DNA of 64,000 nucleotides from Takakia lepidozioides (GCA_030704615.1 CM060731.1:85808001-85872000); one strand, 5' to 3'; shown: positions 11,771-24,559, counted from the first letter of the stretch. Notes: generated by a model from the letters alone, not told the origin. Numbers and translations: made by a program.

Positions 11771-14700
11771 TTAACTGTCCTGCTCCGCCTCCACCCCGTC
11801 ATTGCCTTTCTCATCTCCAGCGGACTGCTCGTTGGCCAGGCTTTCAAAAATCCCATCTTCCCCTTGCAGAACCGACCATCTCACCTCCGTTGGTTCGTCG
11901 TCCTCCCTGTCTGCATCGCTCTCATCCGCTGAATCACATATGAACTTTCGCACCCGTCTACCTGTCTCAGCTGTTGCCAACTCTTTCCTTATCCTTCTGT
12001 CCTCCCTAGCCCTCTCCAAAATCTGCTCTACTTTACTGGGATTCTCACATCGTCTAATCGCTGTATTTGTGAGTTTAGCTGCATAACTAGTCCTTCACCG
12101 GGCTCGTCATGAAGTCGGCCCTCGCAAAGAACGGGACATTCTTCCTGGCAGGAAGTGTAGGCCCTACATGTTTCGACCCGGATCCTGGAATCCTGCACAT
12201 AACAATCACCAACGAGACCAATGAGAACCACAGTCTGGAAATGTGTTTGACAAAAAATCACCCAGAAGGCTTTGCAAACTTACAATTTTTGCACTCACTC
12301 GTATTCCGGGTTCTCCTCGGCATCAATGTCCACTGTCTCTTCCTCCGACTCCGACGAATCTGAGGAGTCTTTGGCTTCGATGGGAGCCTTCACATTCCGT
12401 TGCAGCCCTTCCAGATGGGATCCCCAGACGGATATGTCCTCCTCGTAGGCAAAGAGGTGCCGGTCGGAAAACCGCTCAGCCCACATTGAGGCACCTGTTA
12501 CAATGCCATCCACACATTATGACATGGCCCTTCAGATGTTGCGAATTAAAGCATAACGAGAATTTGCAGAACAGCATAGAACAAGATTTTGCATACCTGT
12601 CCTACAGACGAGGTCGAGCACTGTGCCCTCCACGTCAGTGCATGTCTCCATAATTGTGTGAATGAAGGCAGGGCTCTGAGTCTGTGAATACCGCAGGGGT
12701 TCTGTTGAAGTGAGGCTATGAGGGAGAAGTTCCGTGGGAACGTTGTTGAATATGACATCGTAATCGATGGGGTCGCAGTTCGGGTCAACCAACAATCCCT
12801 CCTTCCAGAAAGCAAAGGTGGAGTTCTCCTTCACAAAGCAGTATGCATCGAACTGCTTCGTCTGCATACACAGTGGGGAACGATTAGAAATCGAATGCGG
12901 CACCGCATTTCAAAACTCCTAAGAAAATGAAAGGACGACTACCAATGTCGTAATTACCTTCTTCCCTTCACTCCGAAGGCCCAATGTGTTGATGCACGTC
13001 CACTTCTTCTTCAGAATTGGGACGGCGCTCCTACGGGTCCACTTCGCAATTCCTGTCTGCGTGTTTTTGTCTCTACTCGCCAGGACAACCACACAGCCTC
13101 TGTCGTCCAACACCATGCGGGCGAGCCCGAATCCTTTCTTCCAAAAGTCCTCGGAGTACCTGTTCCAAGACGGCAAAGCTTGTAGTCCTTCCACGGGCTC
13201 TCCGTCCGGAATATCCAAGATGATCATATCGCAAGACCACTCGGTGGCATTTCTGCCCCTCCTGCAATCCTTGTCTGCACACACCCTCTCAAAGAACAAG
13301 ACCATCTTCAGAAACCCAGGGGTGTCGGAAGGCTCTTCGGCAGCCGCCTTCTTCAGTGCTCTGCCCTTCAGACCCTCCATGGTCTTCATGTATGCCAACT
13401 TGGTTGCCCGTCCATCCAAAGCCGCCAAGAAACTCTCATTTACACACTGGACTACTGTATCGGGATCCATTTTTGGCCTCTTCATTTCCACCGGCTCGAA
13501 AGGGTGCCCCCCCGGGGGGTTGAAGAGTGCCTTCTTTGCCGAGCCTGTTCTCATCCTTCTCGTGACAACGGTGGGCACATGGGATTTTGGCTACGTTTCG
13601 GGGGGTGGGCTGGTTGCAAAGTCTCCATCGGAGTCCTCTTCGTCACCCTCTTCCTGCACTATCTGTTTCTGCTTCTTCATTTTCTTGGGTGTCACAACTG
13701 CTGCTCCTTGCTGGCGAGTCCTCTTCTTCGACCCCTTCTGTTGAGCCTGCATAGCTGCATCCACCGTCTTCTGTGCCATCTCAGCTGCCTTTCTGGATTG
13801 TTCCAGAGCAACATCTTCCTTTGCCAACTCTGGCCCAGCAGGGACATGTCTTTCCTTTCTCTTCTCTTCTGCTTTCGCGTACAGATCTTTCTCAGACTCG
13901 TCAACAAATCCGCCAGACATGTCCAGGTACCACGGGCATCCAACGAGATGCGCGGCATGCCATTGTTTCTGCATCTCGGGTGTGTAGACACAGCTTGGGC
14001 CCGCCACGGTCCAAGCCATGAAGAACGGGGGCTCTTGAGCCAGGGCCCCTGTGTGAAGAAGCACGTATTTCATATATCTGCAGGGCAGTCAACATGCGTG
14101 AGCAAAAGTTGAGAGCAACGTACTCGCAGAGTGCAACCGAAAACATAAAATGCGAATGCGGTGCCGCATTTCCCAGACAATTCTCATAACTAGGCTTCGC
14201 ATAGAAGGACAGCTGGGCTTCACCTGTAAACAATTCGCATTGCAGCTTTTCCCGCTCCTGATGTGTAAACTCCACGCTCCTTCTTGCTGTCTGCAGCTCC
14301 CTGACGAAGAGGTTGTCCTTGTACGCACATCTGAAACGTGTCACGTAGTCTTCCAGTGTCTGTGTTCCATCCCATTTGACGTACAAGCCGAACGAATTTG
14401 TATGCATTACGACTTGCTCCTTCGCATTCGTCATTACCTGCGATTCCCACATGCATTGTCACGTAGCAGTTCAGGGAATTCATTTCAGAAAAGCAAATCT
14501 GGGGAAGTACCTTGAATTACCTGGAACCACCAAGTCATGCGATTGAGCCACACATCCACTACAGGGTCGGAAACTTCGAGTGGAAAAGACCACATTGTCC
14601 TTATACTCTCCGATGCATTCCAGATCGACAGCCACCGTGTCTGCCATTTCCGATCCAATGTCAGGAGCAGGAAGAAGAGTGGCTATTGCTAGAAAGGAAC

Positions 14701-15990
14701 TTCAGTGCATTGAAACCTCACCTTCTCTTTCGCCTCAACACATGCCGTTGAGAGGTGATGCAGTTTCTCCAATGGCCCGAGAATAGTGTTTTGCAATCTC
14801 GGGGATGAAGTCCTTTCCAAGTGTCGGATCTGCAATGGCCACCAACTTCACAAGCTTTGACTTGTATTTCGTTCTGGACTTGACCCCGGCTTCCTTCAAG
14901 TGCTCAGTCAATGACTGCAATGTTTTGACCTGCCCCTCACTTTCCATGAAGAAACGTTTGGCATGGGCCAAATCCAGCTTGATGTTTGACTGCCAACAAA
15001 AACATGCAGAAGCGTTACATTCGATTCATGTGGAAAGATTACTGAAAATTGGGGAAGGATGAGCAGAGGGAAATGGGTGGACGACTTACTTTGTATATCA
15101 CCTCCATCATTCCATCCATAGTGAGACGATACCATGTCCGGTCAGTTTTTGCGACGACTTTCTGAATGAGCTCGGGTTCCAGCATTTCCACAAACATGTG
15201 CGGATTAGTGAGACCAATTTTCCTCACCCTGTACAGCATATGTGCCATGTGGGTATGCACGTACGCATTTTCAGTGACCCTGCAAGACACACTCTCGAGT
15301 TCAGTCCACGGAAGCACGGAAACAAAACAGATTGGAAACTGAAATGCGGCACCGCATTTCGAACGTGCTTGGGAGGGTATGAGTATCTTACGAGTTGAGG
15401 TCCGCCATGGCATTCTTGAGTAGGGAGGAGTCTGCCGCCTTCACCTTGAGGATGACACACTCCACCATGTAATGCCAGCCAATGTGCTTGGCATGGTTCT
15501 GCTTGATGTACTTCCACCAGGCAAGAAGTCGGTGATTCACGTCCCACACAAAGAACATTTTACCCGACATATGGCCGAAGTCTGGATCACCCTTCAGCGT
15601 TGCCTCGAATTCGTCGTTGCGAGTGTACCAGTGGGTATCCCAGGTTGACAATTCATCCGCAGTGGGTCCACGAGATTCGCCGTCCTCATTCTCAAGGGAA
15701 ATGTAGAAGGCTGGCGAACCTAGACGGTACCCTTCTCGAAATGCGAACTTGAGCTTATCCACATCTCCGGGAAATGCCTGCCTGACGATGGGAAGGGAGA
15801 CCATGCGACAGAGTGGGATTCAAAGAGTCCGCTGGAATACCATGCTGCCCAGACCTCTGCCAATGCTACTGTGTGTCTCCTCCAACATTGTATCCGCTGC
15901 ACTTTGGAAGGGCCAAGTTCCTCGGAAGGTGTAGGAGAGTAGTTCCCATTCCTGCTATGACAATTAGGACACAATTGTATAGACGTGGCT
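11771..15990 (-). pseudogene. Spliced ParB/Srx-like plus beta-class N4C/N6A DNA methyltransferase-like fusion gene, mildly decayed
   Basis: N-terminal IPLCRMVSLPIVR...FFVWDVNHRLLAW resembles the ParB DG(N/H)HR motif. C-terminal CDMIILDIPDG...WKKGFGLARMVLDDRGCVVV matches motif IV-VI. After splicing, QSPAFIHTIMETCTDVEGTVLDLVCRTGASMWAERFSDRHLFAYEED matches motif X-I-II. In-phase GT-AG introns at 15280-15391, 12862-12957 and 12495-12596. One premature TAG at 13591-13593 plus a few other lesions. The 5' end is approximate. Confidence 0.72.
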
Positions 15991-16152
15991 TGCCACCAAA
16001 TTTGCAATAAAATGTTGCATTTCATTGCTATGACGAGTCCACATGACCCTATTTCCGTGCCTCCTAACCCTATTTCCATGGACACAATTCGGCCCGCTCA
16101 TGCTTTTTTTTTTTCCGCTCATGCTCATGCCGCTCATGAAATAGCAGCCCCC

Positions 16153-19100
16153 TATAGGAGGGTTAAGGGCAGGATTAAATATGGCTTTATGAGCTTGTCT
16201 GGGGTGGTCATGTAGGAGTTTCCCAAATGAGGCAATAAATTGCTTGTGGTTGGTAGCGGCTTTTTGCTTAGTGATAGTGTATGCAGCTTTTTTGGCGTCT
16301 CTGCCAATTTTGGCGAGGGCGGCAACCATTGCGGGAGGGCCGAGGGGTTCGTAGGTGGAGGAAGTAGTGGTTGGCAGGTGGGGATGGAGTGCAAGCACGA
16401 TATACGATTATCTGTAATCCAGTTGTTGAGGGGGAGGAGGTGGGTGAGTTGGGGATAATAGTTAGAGCACGGTGTATGGTATGGTATGTGTTAAGGTGGG
16501 AGGTTCATTCCCTTTTTTGGGTGCGCGTGAGGTAGCCGCCGTTCTGTGCGGAGCGGGTGGTTTGGGGGATTTCTGGGGGGGGTGTACATGTGGCTATGAC
16601 ATTGGTTGTGGCGATTTGTAAGATGGATGTGAGAGCGCGTTCTGCCTCAAGCCATACGGTTTCTGGGTTTTGGGAGAGGTTTAAGTTGGATAGAGTGCAT
16701 GAGAATTGTTGTATCAATGCAGCCGCGGTTGGATGGAAGTGAGAGTTGAAAGCCGCTATATTGCGTTGGGGTAGAGGCGAAAGGAGACGTGGTTGAGGAG
16801 GGGGTAAGTGTACCTCCGGGTTGGGTCAAAAGGGGATAAGCGAGGGGGGGAGGGAGAGGAAGAGAGGCTAGTGGTCTGAGTTGCATAAACTGTCAATGTG
16901 AACGTGGCTCATAAGATATGAGGGGATGGCTTCGCTAGCCCAGATGTAGAATCCGTCTATGAGGCTTAGTGAGGAGTAATTTAAGCCTCCTTGCCTGGAG
17001 TAATGATGGTCCGATGGGATGTATTTAAGGAGATGTTGTGTCGTGAACCTAGCCCAATCGTGGTCAACTTGGGAGGGGGGCTTATGTATGCCATTGAAGG
17101 TGTGCCCCTGAAGCGCAATGTCTCGATTGAAGTCTCCTGTTAAAATGATATGGTGCTGTTGATAGGTTGTATTAGTGATTATAGCGGATAGGAATGAAAG
17201 GTAAGTCTTCTACATGGGATGGCATATACAGGTGAATGAGGAAGATTGGTAGAAGTGCCGATGGATGCAGGTGGATAATCTGAAGGTGGGAACGGAGATG
17301 AAGGGGTATAGGGAATTTAGTGGTGGTGCTAGGTGAGTGATGTGAGCGTCGAATGCCGAATGCAACCCCACCCCTGGTGAGTGTGTAGGGAGCAGAGTGT
17401 CGAAGGAGGCATTGTGAGGCAGTGGGTGGGTTGTTGTATAATAGGTAGTAGTCCGGGAGGAGTTTGTTTATGTAGGAGCTAGTGGTATTGTTCGTGTGGA
17501 GTTTGGTTCCTTGTAGGAGTATGATGTGGGGATCGGAGTCGGTGATGAGGTGGATAAGGCTCTGTATACTCGTGGCGAGAGAGCCGACATTCCACGAGGT
17601 GATAATGAATGAGGTGGTACAGTTGGTGGGCACTTGGGTGGTGGTATCTGGTGGGTTGGGCGTAGACAAGGGTGGTGCCGTAGATGGCGGCAGAGAGAAC
17701 CCAGGGAGAGGGGTAACGGCCTTGAGGGTGGCTTCCAGTATCTCTATGGAGAGGAAGAGGAATTTGTGGATGGTGTCAGTGGGATCGAGGGCAGGAGCGG
17801 ATATGGTTGCAAGATGGTCACCTAAGATTTTGTGTACGACACCAGGTTGGGATTGCAACAGGTTGAGGGATGAGTGGAGGGTGGAGAGGTGGTGTGGTGG
17901 GGCCAAGTAGTTGTGGGAGAGTGGTGGCAGTTGTTGGAGGTGCAGTATGGAAGGAGAATGGGAGTGAAGAAATCCGTTACAAGTGTTAGGAAGGGGGGGG
18001 GATAAGGGCTATAAGAGCGAGGAGAAGGTGAGCCTTTGGGAAGGCTTGGAGTTTGTGTAAGGCTTTAGTAAGTGCGGGGCATGGGTTAGGGGGTAGGCCA
18101 AATGTGGTGATATGGTTTGTGGGAGCATGTTGAGAAGGTGGGGGTTGGGGAAAGAAGGGTTCAAAGTGGTCGGAAATGTGCCGGTAATTGTACATGAGTG
18201 ACATGGTATTTGGCTGAAAGTATAATGTATATCTATTTTGTGCATCTGTGGGTAGCTCTTTAATAAGAGCGTTGATGGATGGTGGGCCTGGGTTAGGGTG
18301 TATGTTGCCGCATCTGAGTAATAGGAGGGTGAGACAGGCGTCCTCGCATAAGTTGTCTGAGTTGGGAGGGTGGTGGTAATAATGTTTAGACCTGCCTAAG
18401 TATAGAGGGTAGCGGTTGCGGGGGCTATAGAGGAGGGGGTGGGTATGGAAAGCGTGAGAGCCGTTTGTACCAAGTAGGGGGGCTATAAGAGGTTGCTGGG
18501 AGGTTTGTTGAGGTTGCGGTGGGCTGGTAGGGGGGTAGGATGGGTTAAGTGGGTTGGGTGTTTGGAGAGGTCATGGAGTGGGGTAGGGAGGTGGAGGAGT
18601 CTAATGCTCGGGTCGGGAGAGGGCCCGGAATGGGCCAGGGGGTTGGGAGCTTAAACTGGGGGGGTGGGCTGACAGGATGCCCGGGTGTGATAGGGTGTGG
18701 GTGGGGGAACCCGAGAGGGGTCTAGGTGGCGGGTAGTGGAGATTCTTGGGGTGGGGGGATGTAAGTTGAGAGAGGTAAAAATGGATGGGGATTTTTTGGA
18801 GATTTTAAGGTGGTGGCAGGGGGGGCGTTGAGATGGAGAGGGGGAAGGATGAATGTGGGTGAGTGTGTTTGAGGGGGGTTGTGTTGTTGATAGAGATGGT
18901 TAACTGGGGTAGGGAGGTGAGGGTTAATGAAACTTGGATGAAAAGGGGGGGGGGTGCTGCTTAGAGACAACAGCCTCGTGGTGAAGGGTAGTAGGGAGAC
19001 GGAGTGGTACTGTTGGAAGCAGGGCGAAGAGGGACCGGGGTTAGGGAACTGTGCACTTTGGGGTGTCGGGAGAGGGTGGAGGGTGGGGTGTAGGTGGATG

Positions 19101-22100
19101 TACATCAGCAGGCATAGTCACGGATGAACGTAGCCTAATTGGTACCTGCTGTTTAGAATGAGGATGAGTCGAGGGGGTTGGATGAACTTGGATGGGGGTG
19201 AGGGCGGATGAGGACACCCAATGGATGTGGGGATGGCAGCAGGCAGGGATGAATGTGGAAATTGGGTGATCAGGGATGAGCGTGGATGAGAGCATTCGTG
19301 GGGGAGCAGGGTAGCGGTTACAACTAACACGTGTGTGGGGACGGAGATTTGATTTGTGGTGGGCGGGGTATGTGGCGTGCCCTAGTATTGCCGCGTGGAA
19401 AGCACAAGTCATGTGACTAGATGATGTGACGGGCAGGAGGGAGAGTGTCGGGAGTGGGTTTGGGGGGGGGGGGGGGGGTGTTGTGCGATTGTGGAAGTGG
19501 AGGGGTGGTGGAACGCAGAGAACCGTTTGGTAGATGGGGCTGCTCATGCTGCGAGCCCAAGAGGGGGGGTGGGGTGAGTGGTAGGTAGCTGATAGTGGGC
19601 AAGTGGAGGGGGTGCAAGAGGTACAAAGTGTTGCAGTGGAGAAACCACCGTGGTGTTGCGAATCATGAAAGCGTGGAAAAAAATTGCTATGACAGGTGAG
19701 ATGGCATAGAGGAAGTGAGGTCAGAGTGAGAGAGGAGAGGAGTAGAGCTAGCTGGTGGAAGCTGTGTGAGAGTCAGTGGCACAGAGCCTCTCTGCTGCGC
19801 ATCTACTACATTGCCAGAGGGATTTTGGCTGGGTAACCCTGGGGGGGGAGGGGAGCAGCTTGTCCATCACCAGTTTCGCATGCTTGTAGAATTGAGTGAT
19901 AGATTCCTGGATGGATTCGAGATACGTGTGATGTGCCTCATGTTGTGTTGCGATGGTAATAGCGACCCGGTTCTCCATGGCCGCTAGATCACCTTTGAAT
20001 TCCGTTTTGATGGAGGTGGCGTGGGAAGCGAGCTTCTTGTCAATCTCAGACATTAGGTAATCATGGCCTTGCTTGGAGGTCGAGACAGGTTTGATGGTGA
20101 GAGAGTGAACTGTGTCTGCCAGTGCCTGATTGATGTTCGCCACGCGGAGCCTCTCGAGAATGCCCGCTGCTGGCGGGGTTGCACCGTTGAGACTGTTTGT
20201 GTGAGGCTCAAATATGATAAGCCTGTCAATTACCAGGACTAGCACCATTGAGCGTAGACACTAGGATTTTTGCAGGTGATCAGTGCCATACCGGTGGCTT
20301 GGTCTTCTCCATCCTGTCGATTTTGTTGAAGTGGATGTGCTCAGTGTTGTCTTTGCCAAAGATGTCAATGAGCGCTGCCTCAGTGGCAGCCTGTGAGTGG
20401 AGAGGGTTAGGATTCTTTGCCATAAGGGTGAGGGCATCCCTCTCGGCAATGGCCTCCTTGGGTGTGGCAGTGATCCCGGTCATGCTAGACCGGCGATTGC
20501 GAAGTTGTGGCTTGATCAGGGTATGCTCGACACGCACCCCTTTTACTAGCATGCGTTTCTTGGTATCATCAGCAGCAAGATAGATAAAACAGTACTTTGA
20601 TGCAGGGCCTGCCTTCTGGACGTAGAGAATTTCGTATTCGTCTCCGTGTTGGTATGTCTCCATGATGAAGTATATAGTCAGTTTGTTGGCGATCTTGCCA
20701 AGCAGGACGTCACTTGCTAGGTACAATGAGAGGTAATCGGGAGAAGCAGGAAGGTCATGGGCTTTTTCAATTTTACCTTGCATGTGCTCCCCAGAGGCCA
20801 TGGTCATGATGAAGGCGCGATTACCTTGGAGCAGCGCCAGACCGTCCCGAGCAGGGTATTGGAGCTCCACCTTGAGTACACCATTCCATGTTTTGCTGCT
20901 GGTAGTGGTGGGTATAGACTTGATATGTGCGTTTGTTATGTGCAGGGGATGTGGAGTAGATGAAAGGTGTGCTGTGTTGCTCCTGTAGAGTATAGGGGCG
21001 AGTGCTAGATGAGGTTGACATGTCATTTGGAGTCTTGCGGGAAGGGGTGCCGGGGGCCCTAGAGACGTTGCCAGGCACGGAGTGTCTGGCATTATACATG
21101 GTAGTTTGATGTTGGGGCGGGTGGGGCATCCCGTTGGGGGTATGATAGGGTATGATAGTATGCATGTGGTGAGTGGTAAATTGGGAGGTGGGAAAGTGGA
21201 AGTATGCGGGTTGGGAGGGCTGTTAAGTCCACCATTGGTGGTGGGGGGGCAGTGAGCAGACGCAACAGATATATGGAAAGAGGCCCGTTATGGTGAAGGG
21301 AACAGTTGTTGCAGAGATCATGATGTGCGGGGGCATGGTGTCCCAGACAGGGTGTCTTGGATACATATGTGGGGCATATGAATTTAATTGATGAATGGAT
21401 GTAGAGCTTAAGTGGCCAAAGTGTATGTCGACTTTGGAACAAAGAGCCGGTGGATCAAGGTGCCTTGTGTACTTAGGAAGGGGAAAGTCGACGGGTACAT
21501 GTTCAAGAGGAGCTGGCGAGGGATAGGTAAGAGTGGGTACATAAAGTATTGCCAGGGTCACAAAAGTGATCATTCCACCGCTTTGCCTCGTATGTGTCAC
21601 CTGTTTCTGGATACTTTCCTGTTGACTCATTGGAAGCATCATGTCAAAGTCACTCCAAACCATCAAAGGTTCACTCAACCAGCTAACTTGCAGAATTGAA
21701 CCAGAAAATTTAGGACAGGATCTGACAAGAGGGAAAAACATGGTGAATTGGGTCTCGAAGGAAGTGCCTTCATTAGCAGCGCCTGATTTTGCTCAATTGT
21801 GCCGTAGCTGTTGCAAATTCCAGTTGAGCATGTACCCATGCACGTTTCTTGTAGCTAAAACCAACAGAGAATCAAAGGTAATCTGGAGCTTGAAGGCCGG
21901 CTCTGTTGGAAGAATCTGGACCCACAATTAAAGCGGGAGGAGGTGTAATACATGAGGGTGGGACAAGGAGTCTGGTAGAGTAATTGGGATGGGTGGGGGA
22001 GACAGTATGGGTGGTAGTTAAAACTGTGATGTAGGCAGTTGAGGATGTACTGATCTGGGCTAAATCCAACAGGTATGCTGGTGGGGTCTGGCAGGGGAGA

Positions 22101-24400
22101 CGCAAGGGGAGCATGCCAGTGGGCTTGTTGGGGATGAGAAGGATTATGTGGGCTATGCATAAGGGGTACTAGCTGGGCAGCAGTGAAGAGGAGGCGGGAT
22201 CTGAGAGGGGCGATTTGTGGTAAGGAATTTAAGGGCACAAAGGAGTAAGGTGAGATGGGCTGTAATGTGTGCCTGTGCAGGGGCAGTGGGTTGGCGGAGG
22301 TGTCTTGTATAGAGGCAGGGCTGAGCAGGTATATTGGTGTAGCATAGTAGAAGGGTGGAGCCTGGTAGATTGCCATTGATTACAGCTTTGAGCACAGGGA
22401 AAATTTGGAGGGGTGTGCCAAGTAGACACATAGATAGTGCTGATTTGTCTTTTGGCACTGGGCCTCTTATACTATACAAGCAGGGGGGCGTTCCAGCTGA
22501 AGAGATGGGGCACGTCTGTGGTGAACAGTTGTATCATTGCCATGTGATTTGCTGCAGGACCTGTAAAAGGGAGATAAGAGTTGATACATAGGGCAGAAAG
22601 TGGTTGAATTTTATTAGGGGTTGTGTAATTGGGCATGATACTGCAGAATGACATGGAAGAGGGTAAAGGGAAGGCACCGAGGTGGATATAAGCCTGCAAG
22701 GGTTTGTTGGGGGTGTGGAGACTGTTGGCAGGAATGTCCATCAGAAGGGTTGAAGTTGAGTGGCTCGGCCAAGGAGTTGGGAAAAGAGCGTGGAGACTAT
22801 ACAGCAGCAATGTAAGATGTGGGAAGAGAGGCCTGGAATAGCAGTGTGCCTTGGGACTATGAGTTGTATAGAGAGGAGTAACAGACAGTGGGCGTATGCA
22901 TCGAGGGGTAGGTAGGCTAGAGGGTGAGGCGGGCAGTTTGAGGTGGGAACTAGTGTGTTGCATAGGAACAGACCTTGACATGGTGTGAGGAGCCGGTCGG
23001 GCAGGAATTAAAGAAAGGCCATAAAGAGATTGAGGCCTGTGGTGTGGGGGAGGGAGATAAGATGAATCATAAGAGAGGGGTGAGTACGCTCCCTGTAATG
23101 GGATGGAATTTGAGTTGGAGTGGGTGGATGAGTGATCCTCCATCGCAGCCTGCCTCTTGGGTTCAAAGTGGCCCTGTTTGCTGTCTCGTTGCCAGTTGTA
23201 GAGAGGACTTCGCAGCTGCTCGGCCATTGTAGGAAGGGAAGGCCTGCCGTGATGTGCCATTTGTAGGGCATTGTGCACCGCATGGAGCTGCTGGATTTGA
23301 TAAATTTTTTGGGGATGTGGACAGTACCCTCCTCCTGAATTATCTCCAACATGAATGCTTGGATGAGAGACTGTTCTCTAGCTTGGATCATGACGGGTGG
23401 GTGTGTTCGGGGTGGAAGGGGCGGCCATAGGAAGTCGCATGCATGCATTGAGAATACTCCAGCGCGGGGGGTGTGTCAGTGTGGGTCTGGTAGATTCATG
23501 GTGACTATCAGCCAAGTATAGCCGAGGCGGGTAAGAGATCTTCCACCACTGCAGGGGTGGATGTTGCCAGGCAAGAATGACAGAGAGTATGAGAATAAGC
23601 GGACCTGTGGGGATGTTGCGCACCAATTGAGCATTCGAGGTAGCTGTTCTTAGACCGGAAACTCCTATCTCGACGAAATGGGGGTCGCAGACTGAACGTG
23701 GGCCAGACAGACCCGTAAAGCAGTAAAATGAATGAGATAGAGCTAGCCAGAGACCTAGTGATGCACGTAGAGCTTCAATTGGCTGGAGGGTGAGCTTGAG
23801 AGCTATTGCGCCTGTGGGGAAGCTACCCACCGCATATGTATTCGAGGTAGTTGCGCTGAGACCGGGTACTCCTGTCTCGACGAGATGGGGGTCGCGGATT
23901 GAACGTGGTCCAAGCATACCCGTAAAACAGTAAAATGAACGAAATAGAACTAGCCAGAGATATAGTGAGGAGCGCAAAGCGTTTGCTGGCTTGGAGTTGA
24001 GCTTGAGAGCTGTTGCGCCTGTTCCACCAGGCCGGGAGGCAAATACCGGTCGTGTAACACTTCCGCATGTAAATCGAAGAGAAAATGAACGAGAGGTGGC
24101 TTAAAGGAAGCGGGAGGAGGAGGCGAGTCATACTGGGAAGGGAAGGGGGAGCAGAGATGTTAAGGGGCTGCGAGACAGTGCAAAAAGCCACAGAACGAGC
24201 TATGGCGGGAGATGGAGCTAAATATGGAGCAGGGGGGATTTTAGTGGAACCGCTACATAGGGGAAAAAAAGAACGAGAGAAAGGCGAAGAGATAGGGGAA
24301 CCCTACAGATTTAGTCATAGCTAAAAAGGCGGGAAGGCGGAGCTCCGCCTTCCCCCAATCCCCAGAGCGATTTTATCCCGGGAGAACTCGTACGATGCAA
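16153..24400 (-). mobile_element. 5' half of a long LINE: 5' UTR, ORF1-like region, APE endonuclease
   Basis: APE motifs IITSWNVGSL..DPHIILLQGTKL and IILTGDFNRD at ~17000-17610. ORF1-like remnants at 19748-21092. Strong C/A strand skew. Truncated at the TIR at 16152. Confidence 0.8.
23630..24025. repeat. ~207-bp tandem monomer, 2 copies, in the LINE 5' region
   Basis: ttcgaggtag...gagcttgagagctNttgcgcctgt at 23634 and again at 23841. Confidence 0.8.
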
Positions 24401-24559
24401 ATAGCTCGGTGCCAGCCCTAATAGTCCTACTAGCACATGTCATCACAAACATGTGCATCCCCTCACAGTATACCGACATATGACCACAAAACCCGGGTGT
24501 GGCACCGCAAACCCGTCCGCGAGGGAGGCGGGTCGATGACTCCTCACCATCGTATCCTA

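Larger units (their letters stand above)
8083..16152. mobile_element. TIR-bounded ~8.07 kb cargo element with no transposase detected (PIF/Harbinger-like ends, tentative)
   Basis: Left end gggggctactatttcatgagc (8083-8103). Right end gctcatgaaatagcagccccc (16132-16152). These are a 20/21-identical inverted pair. Both ends also carry CATGAGC repeats and GGAAATAGGGT motifs (8201 versus ~16046/16067). No TSD is seen. Confidence 0.8.

Noticed and set aside
10494-11856. Long overlapping ORFs on both strands (MRHRIS/NAAPHF/KCGTAF repeats)
   Set aside because: These are translations of the palindromic repeat in all frames, with no independent coding evidence.
8083-16152. Autonomous Harbinger transposon
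   Set aside because: No DDE transposase or Myb/SANT ORF is recognisable and there is no TAA/TTA TSD, so the superfamily remains unassigned.
18400-23500. Many Pro/His/Thr-rich minus-strand ORFs
   Set aside because: These are low-complexity products of the C/A-skewed decayed LINE, not separate genes.
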